NCBI GenBank assembly: GCA_050949565.1
Contig: JBMNFY010000008.1
Coordinates: 96,001-160,000 of the forward strand
DNA: 64,000 bases
Direction: 5' to 3'
From: Kiritimatiellia bacterium
GTDB taxonomy: Bacteria > Verrucomicrobiota > Kiritimatiellia > RFP12 > UBA1067
Shown piece after piece: positions 47,390-57,081 of this stretch. The first letter of the stretch is position 1, and each line of letters begins with the position of its first letter. The notes beneath the pieces are model-generated. The model searched no databases and was not told where the DNA came from. It worked only from the letters and a program-made list of their open reading frames with translations. A program made the position numbers and the translations under genes.

Positions 47390-48022
47390 ATGGGTATCGT
47401 CATCGACCATGAGGCGCGCAAGCGCGTCATCATCGAAAAATCAGTCAAACTCTTTGCGGAGCAAGGGTATGACGGCGTCACCTATCAAAAAATCGCGGAC
47501 CGCTGCGCCATCGCCCGTACGACCCTCTACAAGTATTTCCGGAACAAGCGCGAAATCTTTAACACGGCAATCTGGGAAGTCTCCCACCTGCTGGTCGACC
47601 GCTTCGACGAGATCCTCTCCTCCAAAACCAGCGCACTCGCCCGGCTCGAACGCATCATGGTAGCTGTGGTCCAACTCCTGTTTGAGCAACGTGTCATGTT
47701 GACGGTCATCCTTGATTACATGTTGGCATCGCAACGTGCCGGACATGACTTGTCGCGAAACATCCGCAGCCACACCATCGGCCTACGACGCATCATGCAC
47801 AGCCTGATCACTGAAGGTGTCCGTCGCGGCGAACTACGCAAGCTCAGCCCCGGCCTCACGACCAACTTGGTGTACGCCCAACTGGAGGCGACCGTCCTAC
47901 GATTGACCGTCAGCCAGAATGCCGATTATGATCGGATTATCTCAATGTTCCAACAGACCATCGAAGCCCTTAAGGCACCGGGCGCGCATAACGCGAAAAG
48001 CAACCGCAGTAAAGTATCATGA
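47390..48022 (+). CDS. TetR/AcrR family regulator
   Basis: FAEQGYDGVTYQKIA..TTLYKYFRNK HTH. Confidence 0.93.
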   Translation: MGIVIDHEARKRVIIEKSVKLFAEQGYDGVTYQKIADRCAIARTTLYKYFRNKREIFNTAIWEVSHLLVDRFDEILSSKTSALARLERIMVAVVQLLFEQRVMLTVILDYMLASQRAGHDLSRNIRSHTIGLRRIMHSLITEGVRRGELRKLSPGLTTNLVYAQLEATVLRLTVSQNADYDRIISMFQQTIEALKAPGAHNAKSNRSKVS

Positions 48023-48495
48023 CCCGTCGTATCCAAACAACCGTTGCGCTCTGCGCCGTATGCGCGGGATGCGTGTTCGCTGCCGACAGCGATGAGACGA
48101 CGTACTCGTCGCGCGCCTACGCACCACGCAAATCCGGTAACGCCAAAACCTACCAGGCATCGACGTACAAATCCGCACGTGCGCCGCATACAGTCGGTAA
48201 GTCGCTGACAACATCCCCCTCAAAACGCCGGTGGAACCCATTCCGTCGCAACAAAACGCTTGAGGATGCGCCGCGCACCGAGGCACCAAAACGTATTGAG
48301 GAAACGCCGTACCAGCAACAGAAGCACATCGCCGTCTCGACCCTCAAACCCGATCCCAACGCCGTTCAGGAGCGCAAGCCGTTTGTCGCGTCTGAAAAAG
48401 ACGTGCCCAATGCCGGTTTCACGCCGGCTGAAAAATCCGGCTGGAAAAACCCAATGCTCAAGCCGCGGCAAGGCATCAAGGACACCGCCGAGTGA
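48019..48495 (+). CDS. Hypothetical exported protein
   Basis: Signal-like N-terminus; 4-bp overlaps with both neighbours. Confidence 0.65.
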   Translation: MTRRIQTTVALCAVCAGCVFAADSDETTYSSRAYAPRKSGNAKTYQASTYKSARAPHTVGKSLTTSPSKRRWNPFRRNKTLEDAPRTEAPKRIEETPYQQQKHIAVSTLKPDPNAVQERKPFVASEKDVPNAGFTPAEKSGWKNPMLKPRQGIKDTAE

Positions 48496-49604
48496 ATGCA
48501 ACGCCCCATCCCTCCGCCTGGGGTTTGCTGCCCGAAGAATGGAAGCCGCTGTGCAAGGAACTGGGGTTGCCATCTTTCCGCGCCACACAGATCGTCACCG
48601 GGCTCTACCAAACCTTTGCCCTCTCGTGGAACGACATCACCACGCTACCGGTCGAGTTGCGTGAGCAACTCAGCCAAACCATCGATCTGACCCCGCTTGA
48701 GATCGCGCACATCCAGCACGCCGGCGATGATGTCCGCAAGCTGCTCCTGCGCTGTCAGGACGGCGCGTGCATCGAGACGGTCATGATCCCCTCCAAAGGC
48801 CGTCTCACGCAATGTATCTCCTCGCAAGTCGGCTGCAACTTCCGCTGTGCGTTTTGCGCCAGCGGACAGCGCGGGTGCGTCCGCAGCCTGACCGCTGGCG
48901 AGATCGTCGGTCAAGTGATGGCCGCCTGCCAGCTCATGCGCGCCGACCAGCAGGCCGCTGGCGTCCCCGCGACCGGCGGCACCCCATCCCGTACCCCCGG
49001 CGCGAAGCCCACCCTGCCGCGTCCCGGCAACATCGTCGTCATGGGCATGGGCGAGCCGTTTGACAACTACGACAACGTCCTGCGCGCCTTGCGCATTCTC
49101 AACGACCAGAAGGGCATCAACATCGGCGCGCGCCATATCACGATCAGCACCTGCGGCGTTGTGCCGGGCATCCAGCGCCTGGCCGAAGAGGGTGTCCAGT
49201 TCGAGTTGTCGGTCTCGCTGCACGCGCCGAACGACGAACTGCGCAACCAGTTGATGCCAGTAAACCGGCGCTGGCCCGTGGCGGAACTGATCGCAACCTG
49301 CCGCGATTATTTTGAAAAGACCGGACGCATCGTCACCTTTGAGTACACGCTGGTCAAAGACTTCAACGACCGTCTGCAACACGCCGACGCCCTCATCCGC
49401 CTGTTGCGCGGCATGCCTTGTAAAGTCAACCTCATCCCGCTCAGTCCGGTCGATGGCTTTGACGGCACGCCGCCCCTCGAACGAGACAGCCTCGCTTTTC
49501 TCGATCGGTTGCTCAAAGCCAAACTCGCCACCACGCTGCGGAAATCACGCGGCAAAGAGGTGGACGCCGCCTGCGGGCAGCTTCGCTTACGAACCCTCAC
49601 ATGA
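48492..49604 (+). CDS. rlmN: 23S rRNA m2A2503 methyltransferase RlmN
   Basis: CISSQVGCNFRCAFC, MGMGEP, SLHA and AACGQL motifs. Confidence 0.96.
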   Translation: MNATPHPSAWGLLPEEWKPLCKELGLPSFRATQIVTGLYQTFALSWNDITTLPVELREQLSQTIDLTPLEIAHIQHAGDDVRKLLLRCQDGACIETVMIPSKGRLTQCISSQVGCNFRCAFCASGQRGCVRSLTAGEIVGQVMAACQLMRADQQAAGVPATGGTPSRTPGAKPTLPRPGNIVVMGMGEPFDNYDNVLRALRILNDQKGINIGARHITISTCGVVPGIQRLAEEGVQFELSVSLHAPNDELRNQLMPVNRRWPVAELIATCRDYFEKTGRIVTFEYTLVKDFNDRLQHADALIRLLRGMPCKVNLIPLSPVDGFDGTPPLERDSLAFLDRLLKAKLATTLRKSRGKEVDAACGQLRLRTLT

Positions 49605-51817
49605 ACGCGAACCCACAGCACAACGAATCCCAAGCGGTGAATGCCGACGCCCCGTCGCTCGAAACCGTTACCGGCAGTGTAGAGTCGATCGTCTTCAGAA
49701 ACGACGAGACCGGCTACACCGTCTGCTCGGTGAAGACGCAGGGCGACGGCGACCGCCAGTACGACGCCGTCGTGACCGTTGTGGGCTCCTGTGCGGCCAT
49801 CTGGGAAGGCGAGGAGATCCACGCGGAAGGCGAGTGGGTGCGCCACCCGTCGCACGGCCAACAGTTTCAGGCGAAGACCATCACCTGCATCACGCCGACC
49901 TCGACCGAAGGAATACGGCGCTATCTGGCCAGCGGTATGATTAAAGGCATCGGCCCCAAATTCGCGCAGCGCATTGTCGACCACTTCGGCGAGCGCACAC
50001 TGGAAGTGATCGATAAAGAGTCCGGTCGCCTGCGCGAGGTCGAGGGCATCGGCGAAAGACGCCGCAAGCTCATCAAAGAGTCGTGGACCGAACAGCGCGA
50101 CGTGCGCGAGATCATGATTTTTCTCCAGTCGCACGGTATCGGTACCGCCAAGGCATCGCGCATCTACCGGCAATACGGCGCCGACGCGATTGCCATCGTC
50201 AAGCGCAACCCCTACCGTCTCTGCGAAGATGTGTGGGGCATCGGCTTCAAGACTGCCGATGCCATCGCGCTCAGCGTAGGCATCCCGCACGATTCCGAGG
50301 TCCGCGCACGCGCCGGTCTGATCTATACCTTGCAGACCGAATCCGATGAAGGTCACTGCTTCACCCCCGAGCCCGATCTGTTGCTGCACGCGCAGGCGTT
50401 GCTCGACATCACCGTCGAGATCCTGGGCGACGCACTGAGCAAAGAGTTCGAGAAGGGCACGCTCGTCAAAGAAGAGGATCGCATCTATCTGCGCGACCTG
50501 TTCCGCGCCGAAACGCGTGTCGCGGCCAGCCTGACCCGTCTGCTCGACGCCCCGCAGCCGTTCGCGCCGATCGATGCCACCGTCGCTATTCCATGGGCCG
50601 AACGCAAGATGGGGTTGAATCTCGCCCCGTTGCAGCGCGAAGCCCTGCGCAACGCCGTCACATCGAAAGTCTCGATCATCACCGGCGGCCCCGGCGTCGG
50701 CAAAACCACAATCATCCGCGCGCTGACCGAAATCTTCGGTGCGCGCAAAATGGACATCCGGCTCGCCGCTCCGACCGGGCGCGCTGCGAAACGCATGTCC
50801 GAAGCGACCGGCCGCGAAGCCCAAACCATCCATCGTTTGCTCAAGTTCAACCCGAGTGTCGGCGGCTTTGAATTCAACATCGACAATCCGCTGGGCGGCG
50901 ATTGCTTCATCTTGGACGAGACCTCGATGATCGACATCCGGCTCATGGATCAGTTTCTACAGGCCCTGCCCGACTCCGCCACGCTGATCTTAGTCGGCGA
51001 CACCGACCAGCTTCCGAGCGTCGGCCCCGGCAATGTCCTGCGTGACCTGATCGCCTCCGGTCAAATCCCCTGCTGCCGGCTCGACACCATCTTCCGCCAG
51101 GACACCTCTGGGCTGATCGTGCGCAACGCCCACCATGTCAACCACGGCGAACCGTTCGAAACGCACACCGGCGACAGCGACTTCTACTTTGTGGAAACCG
51201 GCGATCCCGAAAGGATCATCGCGCGGACAGTCGAGCTGATGACCAACCGTATCCCCGTGAAATTCAAGCTCGATCCGCTCGCTGACGTACAAGTGCTGAC
51301 GCCCATGCGTCGCAACCTGCTGGGCACCGAAAATTTAAACAGCGTGATCCAGACCGCGCTCAATCCGTCAGGCCCCTCACTGGTACGCGGCTGCACACAC
51401 TTCCGGGTCAATGACCGCGTCATGCAGTTGCGCAACAACTACGACAAAGAGGTCTTCAATGGCGACATCGGCTTCATCAAACAGGTAGATGCAGAAGACC
51501 GCGCGCTGATCGTTTTGTTTGATGGGCGGCCCGTTCGTTACGCGCAGAGCGAACTCGACGAGCTGGTGCTGGCCTACGCCTGCTCGATCCACAAATCCCA
51601 AGGCAGCGAATATCCCGCCGTGATCGTGCTGCTCCACACGCAGCACTTCAAGCTGCTTCAGCGGAACCTGCTCTACACCGCCATCACACGCGGCAAGCGG
51701 CTGGTCATGGTGGTCGGCTCCTCCCGCGCCGTAAACATCGCGATCAAAGCCAACCAAGTCCGCGAGCGGCGCACCTCGCTACGCGAGCGGCTGCGGGGCG
51801 CGATTCAACGGGGTTGA
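49601..51817 (+). CDS. recD2: ATP-dependent RecD-like helicase
   Basis: GGPGVGKT, APTGRAAKR, DETSM, HKSQGSEY and YTAITR motifs; N-terminal HhH region. Confidence 0.95.
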   Translation: MNANPQHNESQAVNADAPSLETVTGSVESIVFRNDETGYTVCSVKTQGDGDRQYDAVVTVVGSCAAIWEGEEIHAEGEWVRHPSHGQQFQAKTITCITPTSTEGIRRYLASGMIKGIGPKFAQRIVDHFGERTLEVIDKESGRLREVEGIGERRRKLIKESWTEQRDVREIMIFLQSHGIGTAKASRIYRQYGADAIAIVKRNPYRLCEDVWGIGFKTADAIALSVGIPHDSEVRARAGLIYTLQTESDEGHCFTPEPDLLLHAQALLDITVEILGDALSKEFEKGTLVKEEDRIYLRDLFRAETRVAASLTRLLDAPQPFAPIDATVAIPWAERKMGLNLAPLQREALRNAVTSKVSIITGGPGVGKTTIIRALTEIFGARKMDIRLAAPTGRAAKRMSEATGREAQTIHRLLKFNPSVGGFEFNIDNPLGGDCFILDETSMIDIRLMDQFLQALPDSATLILVGDTDQLPSVGPGNVLRDLIASGQIPCCRLDTIFRQDTSGLIVRNAHHVNHGEPFETHTGDSDFYFVETGDPERIIARTVELMTNRIPVKFKLDPLADVQVLTPMRRNLLGTENLNSVIQTALNPSGPSLVRGCTHFRVNDRVMQLRNNYDKEVFNGDIGFIKQVDAEDRALIVLFDGRPVRYAQSELDELVLAYACSIHKSQGSEYPAVIVLLHTQHFKLLQRNLLYTAITRGKRLVMVVGSSRAVNIAIKANQVRERRTSLRERLRGAIQRG

Positions 51818-51833
51818 ATCGCGTTCCGCAGCC

Positions 51834-51953
51834 GAAGGAGAATTTAGGATTTAGGAGTTAGGAGTTTTTTACTTCAGAGTTCGACGTTCAGCGTTCAGCG
51901 TTCTGAGTTGAAAAACTTTTAACGTTCAACTTTCAACTTTTAACGCTCAAGTT
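51834..51953. repeat. Composite heptamer cluster
   Basis: GGAGAATTTAGGATTTAGGAGTTAGGAGTT, ACTTCAGAGTTCGACGTTCAGCG.. and AACGTTCAACTTTCAAC..; a diverged inverted copy of the whole cluster is at 56961-57066. Confidence 0.85.
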
Positions 51954-52003
51954 ATGGCAAGGATTGAGGAGTTGTATTTTCAGGGTTCAGGCGTTTTTTG
52001 GTA

Positions 52004-53170
52004 TCACCGATTGCCTTTCGCGCGGTTGTGAGTCTTACATAGCATCTGGCAGTTTTTGATGTTTGTCCCACCGCCCTTGCTCCACGCAGTCACATGGTCG
52101 GCGTCCATTTCCGCCAGTTTCCAGATTTTATGTTTATTGGCCTCAGGCCCCGAGGCGCAAAGCGGACAGTTCGAGACGCCTTTCGCCTGCGCTTTTTTTG
52201 TTTGCACCGTATAGACGGTTCGCTTTGTCGCCTCGTCAAAAACGCGGACATCTAACAAATTCGGAGATTGCGAGCCGCCAAGGACGTACTCAAAAATGCC
52301 CTTTTTGTTTCTCACATAAGGATCGGCGTACAGTGCTTGAACTTTGGTTGACACCTCAGCAGGGTTGTATGCCGTCGTATGATACGTTTCGTAAAGACGC
52401 CCCCATTCAAGCCCGCACATCTCGTTTTCAACATCAATAAAGACGCTAGACACCCAGTCGATCACGCTGTTGAAGTAATTCTTAAGCTCGTTGATATTGT
52501 CGTCTTTGCGGTGACGGCTCATGTAATCAGCAATCTTGCCCTTGCTTACCCAGTCCAGAGCCCGTTCCAGAAAGTCCTGCCGATTGGCGCTCCCCTTTAC
52601 ATACGCGCTCCATTTCTGGATATTCGCGTTCTGGCTGTTACTGAACTCGGCCTTTGCCAGCGTTACGAACGGACCGGAATAGAATGCGTTCAAGCGCTCC
52701 TGCGGATTTATTTCCACACCTGCGGTATTGATCGTCTCAAACCACTCCTTGATTTCTGTTTCAACCCCTTCGCACACGTAAATCAATAACGTTGAGTCAA
52801 GAATGATGGCGCGCTGGTCAGCGGGCAAACTGTCGAAATACTTCGGATTGCCATTATCCATGATGGAAAATTTGTTCGTCACAAACCGTCCGATGCTGGT
52901 GATCCGTTGTTGCCCGTCTAAAACCTCAAACTTGTTTTCATCGACCTTGTTGAAGTAGATCAACCCCAGCGGATATTTCTTGAGCAGCGACGAAATGACC
53001 GCCTGCTCTTTTTTCCCGCCGGCATCCGCATAGATGTAGTTGCGCTGGTACTCCGGCTGAATAGTCAACTTGCCGCCCAGCCCAAAGAGCCCTTTGCCCT
53101 CCAATTCGTTGTACACAAACCCGTCGCAGATTTCGGCGACGGTCAGGTCTTTAATCAGATGTGTCTTCAC
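52004..53170 (-). CDS. DUF262 (GmrSD-like) plus HNH endonuclease
   Basis: [19 protein letters not shown] and [25 protein letters not shown] motifs; low GC. Confidence 0.9.
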   Translation of the reverse strand: MKTHLIKDLTVAEICDGFVYNELEGKGLFGLGGKLTIQPEYQRNYIYADAGGKKEQAVISSLLKKYPLGLIYFNKVDENKFEVLDGQQRITSIGRFVTNKFSIMDNGNPKYFDSLPADQRAIILDSTLLIYVCEGVETEIKEWFETINTAGVEINPQERLNAFYSGPFVTLAKAEFSNSQNANIQKWSAYVKGSANRQDFLERALDWVSKGKIADYMSRHRKDDNINELKNYFNSVIDWVSSVFIDVENEMCGLEWGRLYETYHTTAYNPAEVSTKVQALYADPYVRNKKGIFEYVLGGSQSPNLLDVRVFDEATKRTVYTVQTKKAQAKGVSNCPLCASGPEANKHKIWKLAEMDADHVTAWSKGGGTNIKNCQMLCKTHNRAKGNR

Positions 53171-54365
53171 TTGTCTTCTTTCTCGCCGACTTAACGCGGC
53201 GGTGGCGGATAACAATGCGCTTATACATCCGCTTGCGATTGACTATTGGGCCGTTCCATAGAACCGGTTTACCCACGCTGCTGACCTCATAGCTATGTTT
53301 TGCCCCCAAATCTTCCGCATGAGTGCCTCCCTCAAAGCAACCAACTATTTCAAACTGTTCCGGATTGTACTTGTCAAGGAACGTGATGGGAACACCCATC
53401 GCCCCATCGTAGTCGCTGGGAATCGCATCGGTGAACGGCACCTCGATCGCGTCATAATTGTCGTATCGCTCGTACTCCGTCTTACCCTTGATCGCCTTGT
53501 GCTTGCTGAACTTCAAGTTTTCAGCCATGGTCATCAGGGGCAACTTCTGATGACGACGACCATGATCCAAGTTTGTGAACCAAACCGAGGTAGATCGGCC
53601 CATTATTTTACCGTTGACGATCCTGTAGTTACTCCCCTTCTTGCCCACATTTACCATCACTTTCGCCACTTCTTCTGGCACCTCGAAAAGCATATCCACG
53701 CCCATGGGCGTCACTCCCAACCACATGCTGTTGTCCTTGATAAGAGGGAAAATCTCCTTGTAAGTGATCGCGTTCTTGTTTCCGATGATCAGAAACTTCT
53801 TCCCGTGTTCCACGAGTTGGGTGACGTACTCACGGAAAAGGGAAAAGGGCGGGTTGGTGACAACGATGTCCGCTTCTTTCAGGAACTCGACGCACTCGGC
53901 GCTACGGAAGTCACCTCCGCCGTTCAGGGGCACCCGCGCCGCCTTGTTGCGCTTGAGAAAGAGTTGTACGTCGTCGATGTTCGTTGCGCCGTCGCCGTCT
54001 TCGTCCTTCACATGGTCGAGCGTCACAGCCAGCGCTTTAGGTTTCTTGCGTTTGTCGTTGCCTTCAAAGTACTCTGGGAAAAGCGTCCCCTGCCCGGCGA
54101 TGGGTGAGCCGTCGTAGCTGGTGCTGATGAGCCGCTTGAGTCCGAGCGCGTTAAACTTGACAGCGAAATATTTGAAGAAATTGCTTTCAAAGGGATCGTC
54201 GCAATTGCAGTAGACAACCTTATCGCGAAAAGTATCGGGATCGAACTCCAGATAGGCCTCGACCTCCTTTTGGATGTCAACGTACTGGGTATAAAACTCG
54301 TCCTGCTTGGCTTTCTTCGCAGCGCCCAGACTTTGATTCAGCGAGTTTTTCTTCATGCTATGCAA
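53151..54365 (-). CDS. Adenine-specific methyltransferase, EcoRI family
   Basis: [29 protein letters not shown] and [13 protein letters not shown] motifs. Confidence 0.92.
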   Translation of the reverse strand: MHSMKKNSLNQSLGAAKKAKQDEFYTQYVDIQKEVEAYLEFDPDTFRDKVVYCNCDDPFESNFFKYFAVKFNALGLKRLISTSYDGSPIAGQGTLFPEYFEGNDKRKKPKALAVTLDHVKDEDGDGATNIDDVQLFLKRNKAARVPLNGGGDFRSAECVEFLKEADIVVTNPPFSLFREYVTQLVEHGKKFLIIGNKNAITYKEIFPLIKDNSMWLGVTPMGVDMLFEVPEEVAKVMVNVGKKGSNYRIVNGKIMGRSTSVWFTNLDHGRRHQKLPLMTMAENLKFSKHKAIKGKTEYERYDNYDAIEVPFTDAIPSDYDGAMGVPITFLDKYNPEQFEIVGCFEGGTHAEDLGAKHSYEVSSVGKPVLWNGPIVNRKRMYKRIVIRHRRVKSARKKTSEDTSD

Positions 54366-54540
54366 TGCTCTTTGCGCGATCCCATTAAAAAAGCGGGCGC
54401 CTTGGCAACCCCATCACAGTGGTCGTGAGTACGATAACATTCCTAACCTTGCCTTAGCAAGTCTGGGGCCACCCGCTGCAAACGGCATCAACAAAGTAGG
54501 GACAAACAAAAGACGACAACCAAAATTGTGTCCCAGCCAA

Positions 54541-54632
54541 GTGCCCCTTCAGGGCACGCTGGCGCGGGGCAACGGTACCCAGGGCTGTACTTCGCTTGCC
54601 CTGGGCTAAGGTGAAGCCGCCCCTTCGGGGCT
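54541..54632. repeat. REP-like multi-hairpin element
   Basis: GCCCCTTCAGGGC, CCCAGGGC..GCCCTGGG and GCCCCTTCGGGGC hairpins. Confidence 0.7.
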
Positions 54633-54633
54633 A

Positions 54634-54762
54634 CCCCAAAAAACCTCTGCGTCTCTGCGCCTCTGCGTTAAAAAATCCCGAGCAGCGCCCCCAAAAAATC
54701 TGTGTCATCTGTGGATGAGAAAAAAACTCCTAACTCCTAAATCCTAAATCCTAAATTCCCCT
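54634..54762. repeat. Inverted 9-mer modules plus an inverted AGGAGTT/AGGATTT array
   Basis: CTCTGCGTCTCTGCGCCTCTGCGTT, linker CCCGAGCAGCGC, then AACTCCTAACTCCTAAATCCTAAATCCTAAATTC. Confidence 0.85.
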
Positions 54763-54816
54763 CTCGTCCAAGGTGTGTTATCATTCGGCTTTCTCAGTTA
54801 AAAAGGATCAACACAT

Positions 54817-55917
54817 ATGGCTCTCGGTGTAGGCATCGTCGGTCTTCCCAATGTCGGCAAATCTACGCTCTTTAATGCATTGACCCACGCGCAAAACGCG
54901 GAGGCGGCCAATTATCCGTTTTGCACGATCGAACCCAACAAGGCGACCGTCGCCATGAACGACGTCCGTCTGGATGCGCTGGCTGCAATCGCCAAACCCG
55001 CCCAGATTGTGAAGGCGACGGTCGATTTCATTGACATCGCCGGACTGGTGCGTGGCGCCAGTGCAGGCGAGGGGCTGGGCAATAAGTTTCTGGCTAACAT
55101 CCGTGAGACAGACGCCGTCCTGCAGGTGGTGCGGTGCTTCGCCGATGACGACATCGTGCATGTCGAGGGCGGTATCGACCCGGTGCGCGACATCGAAATC
55201 ATCGAAACCGAACTGGTGCTCGCCGATATGCAGTCGCTGGAAAAACGCATCGACCGTATCTCGCGCCAAGCCCGCGCCGACAAGGAGCTTCGCAAGGAGC
55301 TTGAGGCCATGGAGCACCTTATGAAACACCTCAATGGCGGTCATCCGGTGCGGACCTTTCCGCGTACCAAAGATGATGCTCTGGACACCACGCTGATCGA
55401 ACTCCAGTTCCTGACCGACAAGCCGGTTATCTACTGCGCCAACGTGAGCGAAGACGAGCTTGACGGCACTAGCGATCAGGTCGCCCGTGTCAAGGCGTAT
55501 GCGGAGGAAAAAGGATGTGATGTCGTCGTGATCTCTGCCAAGATCGAAGCCGAACTGGCGGGTTTGACCGACGCTGAACGTGATGATTTCTTGGCATCAT
55601 ACGGCTTGCAGGAGAGCGGACTCGACCAGACGATTCGCATGGCGCACCACACGCTGGGGCTCGCAAGCTACTTCACGGCCGGCCCCAAAGAGGTACGGGC
55701 GTGGACGTTCCACCGGGGGTGGACCGCCCCGCAATGCGCGGGTGTCATCCACACCGATTTCGAACGCGGGTTCATCCGTGCCGAAGTGATTGCCTTTGAA
55801 GACTACGTGCGGCTGAACGGTGAAGCCGGCGCGAAAGCCGCCGGCCTCATGCGTGTCGAAGGCAAGGAGTACGTCGTGCAGGACGGCGATGTCATGCACT
55901 TTTTGTTCAACGTCTAG
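54817..55917 (+). CDS. ychF: Redox-regulated ATPase YchF
   Basis: GLPNVGKST, NYPFCTIEPN, DIAGLV and a TGS domain. Confidence 0.97.
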   Translation: MALGVGIVGLPNVGKSTLFNALTHAQNAEAANYPFCTIEPNKATVAMNDVRLDALAAIAKPAQIVKATVDFIDIAGLVRGASAGEGLGNKFLANIRETDAVLQVVRCFADDDIVHVEGGIDPVRDIEIIETELVLADMQSLEKRIDRISRQARADKELRKELEAMEHLMKHLNGGHPVRTFPRTKDDALDTTLIELQFLTDKPVIYCANVSEDELDGTSDQVARVKAYAEEKGCDVVVISAKIEAELAGLTDAERDDFLASYGLQESGLDQTIRMAHHTLGLASYFTAGPKEVRAWTFHRGWTAPQCAGVIHTDFERGFIRAEVIAFEDYVRLNGEAGAKAAGLMRVEGKEYVVQDGDVMHFLFNV

Positions 55918-55942
55918 CGCGGGCGCAGCCCGCAAAAAACCG

Positions 55943-56169
55943 AACCATGAAACACATGAAACTTCATGAAAATCAGGGATCCGGCGCTTGGCGGTTCCAA
56001 AAAGCCGAGCCCTGCCTTTCCGTGTGTTCAGTGCATTCCATGGTTAAACAAAGCCGAGCACTGCCACCCCAAAAAACCTCTGTGCTCTCTGTGTTCTCTG
56101 TGGTTAAACAAACCCGAGCCATGCCCCCAAAAAAACTTCGTGCCCTTCGTGTCTTCGTGTGAGAAACAA
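55943..56169. repeat. Tandem array of ~50-60-bp linker plus 9-mer-triplet units
   Basis: Three units, each (G/C)CCGAGC..TGCC, a variable triplet, then GGTTAAACAA or GAGAAACAA. Confidence 0.85.
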
Positions 56170-56181
56170 GAGGAACCACCC

Positions 56182-56952
56182 TTGCGCATTGCGTTTTTAG
56201 ATTCCGGTATCGGCGGACTCACGGTGTTGCGACAGGCACTCACCGTGCTGCCGACCGATCAGTTCGTCTATTACGCCGACACGCTGAATGCGCCGTACGG
56301 GGTCAAGCCCAAGACCGAGGTCTTTGCACACGTACTCGCAGCCGCCGACTTTCTCGCGAGCTTACAGATCGACGCGCTGGTCCTTGCCTGCAACACCGCG
56401 ACGGCGGTTGCGGTCCAAACGCTGCGCGAGCGCTATCCATTCCCGGTGATCGGCATGGAGCCCGCCGTCAAACCCGCGCTCATGCAGGGCATGGGCAAGG
56501 TCATGGTGTTCGCCACCTCGCTGACACTGCGGGAGAGCAAGCTCGAAGCGCTCATCAGCAACCTAGGGCAGAGCCACCGGGTTGAGTGCCGCGCGCTGGA
56601 TCGGCTGGTTCGGTTCGCCGAGGCTTTCGATTTCACTTCACGCGCCGTCAGCGACTACCTCGCCGACCGTCTGGCTGATATACGCTGGAGCGAATATGAG
56701 TCGGCCGTGCTGGGCTGCACCCATTTCCTGTTTTACCGCGACCTGATCCAAGAGTGTACAGGGCCGGACATCCGGTTGATCGACGGCAATCAAGGGACCG
56801 TGAGCCAGTTGGCGCGTGTGCTCGAACCACTGCGCGCGCAGGCGACTGCCCCGGTTCACGACGCCGCGCCGCGCGTTACGTTTTACGCATCGGGGCATAA
56901 AGAAACACCAGCACGCGTCGAACGCATGCTGGCGCTTCTCTCAGCGCCGTAA
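56182..56952 (+). CDS. murI: Glutamate racemase
   Basis: DSGIGG, PYG, ACNTAT and LGCTHF motifs; TTG start after a GAGG RBS. Confidence 0.95.
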   Translation: MRIAFLDSGIGGLTVLRQALTVLPTDQFVYYADTLNAPYGVKPKTEVFAHVLAAADFLASLQIDALVLACNTATAVAVQTLRERYPFPVIGMEPAVKPALMQGMGKVMVFATSLTLRESKLEALISNLGQSHRVECRALDRLVRFAEAFDFTSRAVSDYLADRLADIRWSEYESAVLGCTHFLFYRDLIQECTGPDIRLIDGNQGTVSQLARVLEPLRAQATAPVHDAAPRVTFYASGHKETPARVERMLALLSAP

Positions 56953-56960
56953 CTCTCAAC

Positions 56961-57066
56961 ACTTGAACGTTGAAAGTTGGCGTTAAAAGTTAAATGTGTT
57001 TTTAACTCAGAACGCCGAACGCCGAACTCTGAAGTAAAAAACTCCTAAATCCCAAATCCTAAATCC
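56961..57066. repeat. Composite heptamer cluster (inverse of 51845-51953)
   Basis: ACTTGAACGTTGAAAGTTGG.., AACTCAGAACGCCGAACGCCGAACTCTGAAGT, AACTCCTAAATCCCAAATCC. Confidence 0.85.
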
Positions 57067-57081
57067 GAGGGGAGGCTCCGC

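Noticed and set aside
48940-49030. Pro/Gly-rich insertion in RlmN
   Set aside because: Falls in a loop that is commonly variable before the N(I/V)VxMGMGEP motif and contains no recognisable repeat module
55943-56169. Possible CRISPR array
   Set aside because: The constant parts are degenerate, the 'spacers' are internally periodic 9-mers that recur elsewhere, and no cas genes are present
55966-56181. N-terminal extension of MurI
   Set aside because: It is translated repeat array; a TTG with a GAGG RBS at 56182 gives the canonical N-terminus
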